Positions 14,074 through 26,706 of a stretch of 64,000 nucleotides of DNA are shown here, in pieces; position 1 is the stretch's first letter, and each line of letters opens with the position of its first letter. Source of the DNA: Geosiphon pyriformis uo1 (lineage: Eukaryota; Fungi; Glomeromycota). The stretch is taken from contig JAAOMT010000289.1 of assembly GCA_016748015.1 (NCBI GenBank), positions 507,639 through 571,638 of the forward strand, read 5' to 3'. Under the pieces are notes generated by a model. That model was not told where the DNA came from and did no database searches. It saw only the letters and a program-made list of their open reading frames with translations. The translations under genes and the position numbers were made by a program.

Positions 14074-14449
14074 TTTGATATTTCTCAAGAGTAAAGGTCA
14101 AAGGAGTAAAACGGCTATATTCAAGTGAATAATTTTTGTGTTGAAGGAAGGAGAAATTCCCAGAGACTTTAAAGGAGAATGAAGTTTTCCTATTTCCCAG
14201 GTGATCGGGTTTTTTGGCGTATTGTCTCCTCATTCAGTAATGTTTATTTGCGCCCGCGTCTGGATACTGACCATATGACGCACTTCTTGAGTTATTTGAT
14301 TTCTTCATCAAATCAAAGTATTGATGAGTCACATTATTATTTTTATTTATTATTTTTATTTTTATTATTATCATCACTGGGATGAATTTTTTACCTGGCT
14401 TTATTGGATTCACTGAGAACTTTATTAAAAGCTTTACATCAATAAGACG

Positions 14450-15401
14450 ATGACGAAAGAAGGCAAAGAAAAGAAGGAGAAAAAAGAAAAGAAGGAGAAA
14501 AAGGAAAAGAAGGAGAAAAAAGAAAAGAAAGAGAAAAAAGAAAAGAAGGAAAAACGAACAGAGGACATGGAAATTGTCGTAGAGGAGGAGGAAGAGGAGG
14601 AGGAAGTAGTTGATATAAAGAGTGCAGCAATGTTTTCTACACTCTCGATGGAAAGTGTCGAAATAATTTCAGAGGAAGTTATCAAGAAATCAAAAAATTC
14701 TGAAATAAAATTTTCATATAATTTGAACGCTTTATCACCTATCGCACGTCCTTTGGCTTCGGAGCAATTAACGAAAAAATTGCTGAGAACTGTGCATAAA
14801 GGTATTTATTTGGTTTAGAACTGGGCATAAAGGTTTTCTTGTGAAACAATGGTTAAATAACAGCATCTGATAAACTTTTGTTATTGTGTACAATTGGAAA
14901 ACGATTGTAAAGCTGGTGTGAAAAAACATCTTAAACGTGGTGTCAAAGAAGTTGCTAAAGGTTTGCGTAAGGGCAATAAAGGGTAAGAATTTAAATAAAA
15001 TTACACGTTTTTAATTTTGAAATTTGGTACAATCAATTTTTTAATTTAATGATTCAATTAGGCTTGTCGTGATAGCTGGTGACATTTCACCAATTGATGT
15101 AATAACACATTTGCCAGTTCTTTGTGAGGATCATTCGGTCCCTTATGTTTATGTTCCTTCAAAAGCTGATCTCGGTTTTAATGCCTCAACGAAGAGACCA
15201 ACGAGTGTTGTAATGGTGATACCCGGCGGATCTAAAGGAAATATAGAAGGAATTGAAGAATATAAGAAATTGTATGACGCATGTTATGAGGAAGTCAAAA
15301 AAATGGTGAGAAGTATCCAGTTTTATTGGGATTATATTTTTTTAAAATTTTTTTGATTAATTAATATTTAATTGATTTAGGATGAGGATTTAGTTATTTA
15401 A
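14450..15401 (+). CDS. NHP2: H/ACA snoRNP subunit Nhp2 (L7Ae family) with a long N-terminal (KKE)n extension; 4 exons
   Basis: LSPIARPLA...LKRGVKEVAKGLRKG-LVVIAGDISPIDVITHLPVLCEDHSVPYVYVPSKADLG...KRPTSVVM. Confidence 0.93.
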
Positions 15402-16247
15402 AAGATATTATTAAATTATCTTTTGAAATATATACATTGCTTTTTATAATTCAAAGATGTTTTCGAGAAATTTTCCTTTATAGAAATTATTCAAAAGCTT
15501 GCTCATTTATTTCATTAATAAAAATTCAAATGATTTAATGAATCAAACAGTTTTTTCATTACATTAAAAGATGGCAAATAGGTTTGGACGATGATAATAA
15601 ATTTATTTCACACTTTATTATAGTCATCCTTTTTGGGACTTTATAATAAAGAGAAGTGGTTATAAATAGATTTATAAAAACTTTTATTTTATATATTAAT
15701 TAATTAAACTAAAAAATGTATTTAATTTTAACAATAGTAAAATATACTGTAACTTAATATTTAATATATATAACATTTTTAAATACATTTGCATTTGCAA
15801 TGAATTTTGAATTACTTTTTATGGATTCTATTATTGTAATTTGATGGACAAAAATAAATAAAACAAACAAGTAAACAAACAAGCAAAAAAATAAATAAAT
15901 AAATATTATGGGAAAATATTAAAAAGACAATCATTTGAAGATTTTTTTTCTAATGTCTAAGATCGACGTATAAAAATCCTTTTATTTAAAATTATATATA
16001 TGATAAGAAAAGCAAATTTATGAAATGTTAAATTTAAAAATCTAACGTTATTACTATAAAAGATAAAAGTCATTTTTTAACTAAAAATTATTTTTATTTA
16101 TAAAAATATAATTTTTTTTAAGAATGAAAAATATTTTTCCAAAAAAAAAAAAAGAATCCTAAATCCTTTAATTCCTAATCCCTAAAAATATAATTATTTT
16201 AACAGAAAAAAACAACAATTAATAAATTATTTCTTTTAATTCAATTT

Positions 16248-16273
16248 AATTCAATTCAATTCAATTCAATTCA
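16248..16273 (+). repeat. (AATTC)n microsatellite
   Basis: About 5 tandem AATTC units. Confidence 0.7.
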
Positions 16274-17184
16274 AGTAACTTATTTTTTTTATTCAATTTT
16301 CTTGGCTTTCTATAACGATAAGGAAGACCCAACTAAAATCTGGAACGTTTTAATTAGATTTGTACTTGAACATGACGGGTAAGATGAAAGGAGGGTCATT
16401 TATTCATAATTTCGATTCAAAATATTTTTTTAAGTTACGAATAGTAAATTAAAATAAGAAATGCTAAACTTTGGGTTTTATATTTTATATATTAATTGAT
16501 TTTCAAAATTGATAAAGTAATTTAAAAAATATTTTTTATTATTTTTTTGTATTTATTTATATTTTTAAGTGTATTAATTATCAATGTATTAAAATTTTAA
16601 ATATAAGATTTTTTAAAATAATAACTAAAAATTTTAATATAATAATAGATTTATTTTTTTGCAATTAACAAAATCATAATTTGTATTACAAAAATACCAA
16701 TAAATTTAATAAATAATCAATTTAATTAAACAAACCATTTTTTTATATATTTAAAACTCCAAAAAAATTAAAATTTTTATTGAACACAATAAAATAAAAC
16801 ATAACAAAATATAAAAGATAAAATAATAAGTTTAATATAAAAAATTAAGTAAAGAAACCAGTTTATAAAAAACTTAAATATATATAATAAATAACTTAAA
16901 AATAAAAAAAAACTTTAATACTTATAACAATATTAAAATTATTATTATTATTTAAAAAACTTAAAAGTAACAATAATTAATTTTAAATTTTTTTTTAAAT
17001 GTTTTAACTAAATAAAATCTTTCTATTATCTATTGTAATTTACTACATAAAAAATTTTTCTTATTGTAAATTCGAATATAAATTACAAATTGCAGATCTA
17101 ATAAAATATAATATATTCGAATCTATAATACTATTTAAATAAAAAATTTTAATACTAAAATATAAAAAATATAATTATTTATTT

Positions 17185-17900
17185 ACTTTTTTTTGTTAAT
17201 TAATAAATACAGTCCAACTATTATTTATTAATAATATGATTATGAAATTTTTTAAAATAAACATAAATTATGTTTTTTATATATATAACTAATTACTTGG
17301 CCAATTAAAACAATACTATATACTTATAATATTAAAGATACTAATCATAACATGAAAATTTTTAAATAATTATAATAATAAATCAAACTTAAAATTAAAA
17401 TTAATGTAACAACTTTTAGTAAATTTACTAATAGAGTCTAATTTATTAAAGTTAAATACAATAAAACCAACAATATTAACAATAAAAAAATTATTATTAA
17501 TTAATAATATATATAAAAACATGATTAGAATTATCATATAATTTACAATAAAAACTATTTATAAATAAATTTTTTATAAAAAAACTTTTATAAAATAAGT
17601 ATAAAAATTAATAATAGTTTAATTAAAAAACTTTATATACATATAATTATTAAGATGTTATATTAAGATAATTTTTATTGGATTCAAATTTTTAGCAAAT
17701 AATATATTATTAAATTTAAGAATATATTTAAACTTTTATAATAAATTAAATTAAATTAAATAAGCTTTTTATAAAAATAGCATATATTTTTTAAATATTA
17801 TTTTCATGTTTACTAAAAAAAAATATTTAATAATATTAAAAATAATACAAATTTTAATTCTAAAATATTAGCTATAAATATATATATTTAATTAATATTT
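17185..17900 (-). mobile_element. Highly degenerate 3' fragment of the LINE family
   Basis: The reverse complement of 17190-17330 matches the family 3'-UTR (ttggccaagtaattagttatatat...aacataatt; terminal ggactgtatttattaa plus A-tail). The upstream limit is approximate. Confidence 0.6.
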
Positions 17901-19164
17901 ATATTATCAAAATAGTTTTTTACTTTAATTTAACAAATATTTAAATTATTATTTTTTAATTTAACAATAATTACAAAAATCAAGATTTAACAAATTTAAT
18001 TTAGATTTGTATATATTTAAAGCTATTTAACTATTAAATTAAATAATAATTATATTTAAAATAAAAATATAACTTAAAACTAAAACAATTACATATAATT
18101 TAACTAAAATAAAAAATATTAATTCTTGAATACACATATTAATATTTAGATTTAAATATTAAAAAAACTTTTAAATTAAAATAAAAACAATTTTATAATT
18201 AGTATTAAATAGTTAAAATTTTTTAGCTAGTTATAATATTAATAAATAAAACAAACACAAAAATATAATTAATTATTTTTAAAATATCATAAAAATTATT
18301 CTAAACTATTAAAATTAAAATTAAAATTTGCAAAAAAACCAATATATTACTAATAATTTTAAATATAATTAATTTAAGTTTTGATAATTTTTTAATTTTT
18401 TAGCTTTTATTTATTTACTTAATCATAGTTAATCAAATATTAATATTATTAATTAATCATCTTATTTTTAAAATTAGTTATTAATATAATTATTAATTTA
18501 GTTATTAACTTAATTATTAACTTAATTATTAACTTGGTTATTTAATTTAATTATTAATTTAATTATTAATCATTTTTAAGAATATATAAGCAATGTTATA
18601 AAAAACATTTATATTTAGTTCTATATTTAAATCAATATAATAATAATAATTCTATTATAAAATAGTTTTCTTGGTTATTTTAATTACTAATATTTTATTT
18701 TAATTACAAGAAGTTTTTTGTAAGTTTTTTAATTCTATTTGTGTAATAATGTTAATATTTATGCTAAAAGCTTTTTTTTAATATTATGATATAAGTTATA
18801 TCTTAATTTTAATTATTATATATATTTATATACTTCTTTTTAAAGACTAAATTGAAATCTATCTACTGTTTGGAATTTTTTTGAAGCTACTTTTCTAATT
18901 GTCTAATGTGTTTTTCTAATTTAAAAACATAGAATATTAATAATTTTTAGTACTTTTTTTAATTTTTATAATAAAACTTTTATTAATTAGTAATAATATA
19001 AATAATCTTGATCAAAGATTATTATTATTATTATTATTATTTTACTGTTTAATGAGTGAAGTCCAAATGCTACTTAGTGCAATACATCATTCAAATGATC
19101 TAAACTAGGTGCGAATCATGCTTTTACTACACATAACCAGCCACTCAGACCAGTCAAGACTACA

Positions 19165-22100
19165 CTAGACACCTATATGAACCAAAATCTCATTACAAGT
19201 ACTAGAGAAAAACAAACAGGACTTACGAAATCCGAAACTAATGCCAAATGTCTTAGCAACTCCCAACAACTTAACAACACTAGATGAAAGCCACTGTTAC
19301 TCATAAAATATAGGAAGTATATTATTATTAGCAAGTAGATATTAGCCAATCAGAAATAGACATAGTAAATGTGGAATTCCAGGATTTCTTTCAGAGGAAT
19401 TGTAGGATTCCAGAAATTTCAGAATTCTCTGGTAAGGAATCACAGGATTCTAGAATTCCAGGATTCCTTTCATTAGAAATTGCAGGATTTTAGGAATTCC
19501 AGAATTCCTATCGCAAGGAATTAAAAAATTGAGAAATCTTAAATATGTATATATAGCAGTAATATTAGAAGCAGAAAAAGAAAAAATCAACACCAAAAAT
19601 CCTTAACTTAGTTATCACAATCCTCAAATAAATAATTATTTATTATATCAAATTCATTTTTCACTATTAACACTTCATGTTAATAGTAACTAATACTTAA
19701 CTATATTGGAACAATAACTCTTGATCACAGCTATTGACAGGATACTAACTTGCAAATCACCTTGGCTTATTTCTTATTTTCTCTTTTATCTTTTCTTTAT
19801 TTTCTTTGTTGTCTACTAATTTGATTAAAGAATTTACTCTTGAAGGACTTATGGAGAAATAAAACTTACTTAAATAATACTTACTCTTGGAGAACTTACG
19901 AAGAAATAAATTTGCTTAAACAATACTTACTCTTGGAGGACTTACAGAGGAATTGACATCAGGAAACAGCACTAGTATACACTTATGGAGGATATCATAC
20001 CAGGAGAATCATCAACCATCAAGCTGAACAAGCAATCAACGAAATTATGGTTTCAGGAAACTACTAATAAACTGTTATTATTGAATCTCTGTCTATTATA
20101 CAAAGAACTCAATTGGAAAATCTTCAGATAAAATACCTTCAGATTATCATTATTACCAATTACCTTAAGCACCAAGTTATGGGTTTGTTATTCACTTGAT
20201 ACCCCAAAGAATTACCTATAATACCGTTCAGAAAAACCAGAAACAGAGACAGAAATAGAGCCATCATGTAAGATCAGCCTATTCCTTTCCATAACAGCAT
20301 GGTATTTCACACGGACCAGCCAAATATTGTCCTAGAAAGCAATATAAAAATCATGCACAAAGTTCACCACATTAGTAGCCATCATCTTAGAGTCCTTAAA
20401 AGTGGAAACAGATTCCTGATACCAATCCCTGAAAATGAAACCCTTGCACAGAGCTGCACCAGTTACAACATCAGATGTGCAAGCAGACAACAGCTGTGAA
20501 ACACAAGAGAAGGAATGAGATAAACCAGAACAGGTCTTCCAAGTTACCGCAAAAGTATTCATCAAATGAGAACAACCAGTAGCATCAAAAGAGCAGGAAA
20601 AGACATGATCAGAAACCTCAACATCACCACAGAATAAACATGCCATGCTGGGATAATATCTATCATATAGACGCTTACGTATAGTCACAAGAAGTCAGTG
20701 GTACAGAGCCTTCATAAAATAAGTCCAAAGGCCAGTTGTTTGTGCACTAATAGAACCAGCAGCCATGTGAGAATTGGAGTGCCACACCAAAAAAGATCTG
20801 GACCAATTAATATCACCACATAAACCACCAACCACAACCTGAGAACCAGAACCAATCTCCCAATGCATTCAGTTAACAGACCAAAAAACATCATAAACAA
20901 AGTGTCTTAAATTACCAGAAACCACAGAACCACCACCTCTTAAAAAATGTTCACCAATCCTATGAGGAGCCACCAAGAAGAGAAAGCAGCCGTCTTAGCA
21001 AGTACATTGGCTTGTTTATTGTCTGAGACACCTGAATGACCCTTAATTTTGACCCAATTCACATTCAAATTCTTATTCTAAATAACATCAACAATGTGGT
21101 GATGCTCAATCCAGCACCGATTCCTAAAATCAAGACGAATCAATAAAAATTCAGATTCACATGTATTCAAAGCCACTTGGTTGTCTGAAAATAAGTCAAT
21201 CAAATGAAAAAAAAAAATACACTCAAATGCCAAAGCAATGGCCTGTAATTCTGCCAGCATCGAGGAAACCATGTTAGACACCCTTATACCCAAATCCAAA
21301 TGAATGTCCTCAAAAAAAGCAGTAGCACCAGCCTTCATACTAACAGTACCCAAACCATCTGTATATACAGAAAGACTAATAGCAGCATTAGTGTTCAGCA
21401 GAGCATCACAAACAACACCAAAATCATGTGAATGAAGAACATCAGAAAGAGCATAACCATCTATGGAGGGAAGGCAAACAGAAGAAGAAGAAACAACATC
21501 ACTAAAAAATTGTACAGAGAAATCAAACCAGAGAGAAACTGGGCCACAGAGGTCCAGTCTTTTCCAGTATTTAAAAATATTCCAACTAAAAATGGCACCA
21601 GCCCAGTCACATAACTGCTCCATGAAAGCAACACCATAGTGGCAGAGTGAGGAAACATACTTGAAAAAGCAATGCTCACCAAGAACAAAAGACATAGGAG
21701 AACCACCACAAAAACGAAAAGCACTAGGAAAAGAACCACCAAGAGACAAATCACATCCAGAAAGGATATGGACCACTCCAGCCAAAAAATTGTTTATAGA
21801 ACAGACCTTAATATGAACTGGAAATTGCAAAGGATGATGAGGATACCAACTGAGAACCTGAAGGTCATGAGATCTGTGAGAAAATAAATGACCCAATAAC
21901 TCAACAGAATTTACAAAAGAAACAACAGAAGCCAATTTGCTCTCAGCCTGAATTTGTTCAAAAGTTCTTAGACCATACAAAAAGGAATGATAGAGTGCAT
22001 TATTGAAGAAGTCAAGCAGAAAGCCAGCCTTAGACTTCAAGCCTTTGTGAATTATAACATCCCACTTATTGCACACACTCAAAGGAACATAACTGAATTG

Positions 22101-24768
22101 CGTCCTGTAGCAGACAATTGGAAAGAGTACAACAGACACCAAATACACAAACTGTTTATCTGAAACCACTTTTTTTAAAACAAGATTAGCAAAAAACCAA
22201 ATATCTGAATGAACTTTGACCAGGCTAGACCTCGACAATCTCTCAGTTGACAAAAAAATACTCAGATAACAATGACATTCTCCTTTCTTGGCAATGGAAA
22301 TAGGTGAGCCACTGATAGTCAGATAAGAGTTTACAACCTGGCAGTTAATAGGGATGGCCACTGTTTTGTCATTATTTATTGAAATGTCATTAAACCTAAA
22401 AAACTCACTAGCAACATCAAGGATGTGTTGTATAGCAGTCTGACTGCTACCAACCCAAATTGTATTGTTAACAAAAGCACTGGCAGCAAAAAATAATGTC
22501 AATCTGGTCTGAGGATCCATTCAACCAGTTTTGGATATAAAATGAGAATTCAATCTGTATCCACATACACTCTTCTGCCTCTTGACTTCACACAAAAGCG
22601 AATCATAGAAGATGCACCAAAGAAGAGGTAAGAAAACTTCCCCTTGGTCCAATCTATCATGAACATGATACCTATCAGTCAAGCCAAAATCTGTTATCAC
22701 CCTATTGATGCACCCATTGTAAATACCACCAAAAAATCTTATAAACTTGTCACACATTTTAATTCTGACCAAACTCCTCCTGAAATGTTCCCAACCAACT
22801 GAGTTATAAGCCTTGTGCATGTCCTGCAAAACCAACCAGAGTTCTTGGTTCTTCTCCAAGGCATCTTTAACAACAGAACCAATAGTAAAAATGGGGGACT
22901 GTGTCATCGTACCTTTTAAAACAGAAAAATTGTTCCCATGAAGAACATTAAATGTACTACAAGCTAAGGAAATCCTATCCAAAAAGACCTTGAAAAGAAT
23001 CTTGCAGGCCGTTTCAATCAAAGCAATAGGATGGATGTTCGTGAGAACTCTCTCCCATTCATAAGGTTTCGGGATCATCAAGACCCAAGCTTCCTTCCAA
23101 GGTCCAAAAACTGATTTACTAACCAGGCAAAAGTTCAAAAACACCAGAAGCATATCCAAAACTGACTTGTTACATCATTTCTACAATTCATTAGAGATGC
23201 CAGAAAGTCCAGCAGCTTTTCCATCAGGAAGCTTTTTAACAATGGCAGACATTTCATCAAAATCAATAGGACACATAATCCCAAAAAAAGCATCATTAAA
23301 CATGTAATTCAGAGGCTGATATTGGTGGGTTCAATCATCGGAAACATCAGACACCACTTTGCGTTTCCTGGTCCATCCTTCCATGATCTCATCCACCTTA
23401 GACTTAACCAAATCAGATTCCAAAATCAACTCATTCTCCACAACAAGATGATCTAAGACCACTTTGCAGAAGGGACACTCCAACACACTCTTAATGGTGT
23501 GGTCTTTGTTCAGCTCAAAACTCTTCATTCTTTTATTAATGACTTGCTTAATAGATGATTTTTTAGCATGTTTGGATTCCAACAACTTAGAAGAGCAATA
23601 CAACTTTCTTGCTTTGGCCAGTGTAGAGCAAATGACATCAAAATTAGAACCTGAAAGTAAAAGGAACTTTACTGCTAATGCACCAGTAGAATTGAGTCTG
23701 TCTCACACCTCAAACAAAAAAACAAAATCATCACTAGAAACTGAACATGAGGCCTTGACCAATTTAGATATCAGCAATTCTAGCTTATAAAATCTGGAGG
23801 ATACCTTGGTAAAAACACCATCAAAACTCTTAAACCACTTTTTTTTGAACATTCTATCTGCTGAAAGAACCATAATCTTGCAAATAATGTCCCACATGAC
23901 ATCCAAATCCAAAAATCCACTGGCTGAAGAGAACTTATTCGAAAACATTACAGTATTGGCCACTGTAGACACTCAAAACTCACACCATTTAGTACCATTT
24001 GTGTCTTTGACATCAAATTTTCAACAATCCTTATTTGCTTGTTTGTGCAACAAAATCAGACAAACATCAAGCAAGCCACCCAAACTCACAGAGACAGAAA
24101 CAGCTTTGTGGTTAGTATCAAAATGGTCCACAACATTAGCCATACTATAATTCACAATTGCATTAACCAGATTTGAAGAGACGAATAAATAATCAATCGT
24201 TTTTAATACACCATAAGAATTACTCCAAATAGGTGCCTTCACAACTTAGAGAATTCATCAAACCTAAATCAAAGCATTTTTTATAACTAGCACACTTACA
24301 AAACCCATCCTTATTAAAATCACTACTAAAAATAACAAAGGATGAATCATTCACAGCCTTGGCAATTAGAGAGTTGACATCACCAGCTTGAGAAAACCTG
24401 ACCGCCGAAGAGGCACCAGCATAAAGCCCCAAAATCAAAACTGAAGGCTTGTTTCTGAAAAGCAGCCTGATGGAGATGAGCTGGCCAGGCACCTTAGAAA
24501 CCTTGCAAATGTGCTTCGCTAAAGAATTGTTCATGACAACAGCCACACCAGCACCCAGATAACCAGAATTCAGACCAAAAGTAAACACCCACACACCATC
24601 AAACCTATTGGCAATCCAGGGGCAAACCTTTTTTTTTAATTTTAATTCAGTAAAAATAGAAATCAAATTGTCCATATCTTTGTGCCAACAAATAACATCA
24701 TCCTGCTTGGTAAGATTGTTCATCCCATGAATGTTACACATGGCAATCTTTCAAACAAAATCTGTTAT
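19165..24768 (-). pseudogene. LINE copy 1 ORF2 (endonuclease-RT-RNase H-Cys motif), many stops
   Basis: Fragments 24220..24741, 23331..24242, 22521..23159, 21078..22520 and 20332..20688 (CLFCGDVEVSDHVFSC). Stop TAG at 19165-19167. Confidence 0.9.
19295..20223. mobile_element. Solo LTR (929 bp) nested in LINE copy 1
   Basis: Begins TGTTAC and ends ATAATA (GTAACA after two transitions); 4-bp TSD CCAC/CCGT. Excision restores the ORF2 frame SGFSERLSSSVVKLLG. Contains internal tandem repeats. Confidence 0.8.
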
Positions 24769-26573
24769 TTAAAAAAGTGTTTGAGAAGTGCACCACTAGC
24801 CAGAATTGAATCATCAAACCTTGCTGTTAGACTTAGAACTGAAGCAGAAAGTCCTTCCAACATATTTTCCAATCTTTTTATCTCAGGAGAAACAGAAAAA
24901 ACCGAAATCGCAGCAGTATTACCACTAGTGGCCCCACCCAAGCCCTCTCTTATTACTATATTACCCACTTGATCCTGTGATGGGGAGGTCACTGACAGCT
25001 GACATCCAGAGCTAGACTGAGAAACTGCCAGCACAAATGAGTCCAATCTCTTAGCCAATTCACCAATTTGCCCCACGAGATTGGCAATACTGCTTTCCAG
25101 AACTGCAAATCTTATATCCAAATCACTTATAACAGGATGAGTAGGCTTTATCTCCAAAGAGAAGCCAGCATTTACCAAATCATTATGAATAGGGGGAGGA
25201 GGGAAAGAAGACTCACCAACAATTTTGGCCCACGAGACTCCACCAAAAGAGACAGAATGAGCAACAGGTGCTGAATGCTTGGCATAAATGGCTGCCAACT
25301 TGCCTTTATCTGCATCTGACAAAACTTGATGTGGCAAGCCACTAGAGGAAGATTTCCCACCTGAAACACAGCCCAGAGATGTATGATCCAGTTTCTCACA
25401 CTTTGCACACATAGCAGAGCCAAGATAGAACCAATAAAGATGAGCACCTTTTAACACAGGTGTGGTTTCCATGACGGCATCCAATGATTTAGCTAACTTG
25501 AAACAAACAATGGCACATCTGGCCTGAGCATATGTAACTAGATAGCAATCAATTACACAAGTTTTTCCACCCACAGAACCAATGAAATTCCAGACGTTGT
25601 GAGCATTCGTTCCCACTGGAAGAGTATAGAGCAGCACCCTATAATAATCTCTCATATCCCATGTCAATTTGTCCATATCTGATCTGGCAACACACACCGC
25701 ATCTTTCCCAATTAGGATAGACTATCTAGCTGCCAAAAAATCTGCTTGATTCCACTCCTCAAATTCCACAATCACTTTCTGCTACAGTCCTATCAACTGC
25801 ATCTTGATTGACTTAATCGTACCAAATTCAGATAGCGCAGTGCACACAGCCTCAGCTGATGTTTCCACCAGAATTTCTTTTAGCACCACAGCCCGATCTG
25901 AGTGACCAGTCAATTTTTTGAGATTGGTGTTCACCAGAATTTTCACATTAGCAGCCAATTTGGTAGCTTTCATTAAACTAGATTCAGAAGTGAATATTAC
26001 CCAGATGATTCCAGAAAATTTTGAGAGGGTAGAGGCCCTCCCAAAACTATTGATTTTTGAAAATAATTTTCTGACCACAACCAGCTTGTCCTGAGCAAAT
26101 TTTCCAGAAATATTGATCAGATCAATATCCAAAGCAAAAGACTTCCTAGCAGACATATTGACTAATTTTTTGAGAAGAAGGGGAAGCACCACAGGTTTAT
26201 TCAGGAAAATGTCATCATCATCATCATTGCCTAGAAAGTTAATTTTGCCCAAAGGCTTGTTCAAAGCCTGTTTGGTAACCAATCTTGGATCTTTTGGCAT
26301 TTGGTTACTGTCCATTCCTATAAGAACATTTCTCTCTTCATAATTTATACTAGTTTCCTCAATTAAAAACTCCCCCTCCATATCTACACTGTCCGATTTG
26401 GTGGTATCACCAGCTTCAAACCCCCAAGAACCACCAACTGGTTGATCAGGTAAAACCATTCCATGAACAACACTGTCTTTTAGAACACCTCCTTTTCTTT
26501 TTTTTCTAAAGGCAATATTTTTGCTAACAGTATCCTCACTAAAACCTTTGACAGACTTTTTTATCACAGCCAT
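24765..26573 (-). pseudogene. LINE copy 1 ORF1 (gag-like RRM + zinc knuckle), one in-frame stop
   Basis: ORFs 25782..26651 and 24765..25697 are in frame, split by TAG at a probable Trp codon (IGL*QKV). Confidence 0.85.
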
Positions 26574-26706
26574 ACTAAAACCAACAATGGTTTTGTAGTT
26601 GAGCAGAAATGGTTTTGATTTATCATACTGAATTGTAAAAACTTCTTTCAAAAAACTTTTGACTCTTTTTTAAGAATTTAAGACAAAGAAGAGAAAAAAG
26701 TTTTTA

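Larger units (their letters stand above)
19018..26706 (-). mobile_element. Full-length dead LINE retrotransposon, copy 1 (ORF1, ORF2 APE-RT-RNase H, (TAA)n tail), interrupted by a solo LTR
   Basis: Colinear broken ORFs: ORF1 with RRM-like and CX2CX4HX4C (CAKCEKLDHTSLGC); APE (MCNIHG, FTELKL, SDFN, IDYLF, DTNH); RT (MIPKP, HPIALI, LQDMHKAYNSV, LDQGE, AFVNNT for FVDD); RNase H (YTDG, AELQAI, SDNQ, KIKGHSG..DNKQAN); (TAA)n tail at about 19018-19040. Confidence 0.95.

Noticed and set aside
14434-14685. Antisense ORFs with (FFS)n repeats
   Set aside because: Shadow of the NHP2 KKE tract.
19045-19115. Possible hammerhead ribozyme on the antisense strand of the LINE tail (TTAATGAG as decayed CTGATGAG)
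   Set aside because: No copy shows CTGATGA, not even the CpG-retaining one at 56.8 kb, and no properly placed GAAAC.
19108-19155. tRNA A/B-box-like look of the shared 3'-UTR (TGGTCTGAGTGG ... GATTCGCAC)
   Set aside because: No cloverleaf and no real GTTCRANNC box; a single hairpin explains the motif better.
19370-19990. Spaced near-palindromic repeats superficially like a CRISPR array
   Set aside because: Eukaryotic context, degenerate units, spacers related to each other, no cas genes; these are tandem repeats inside a solo LTR.
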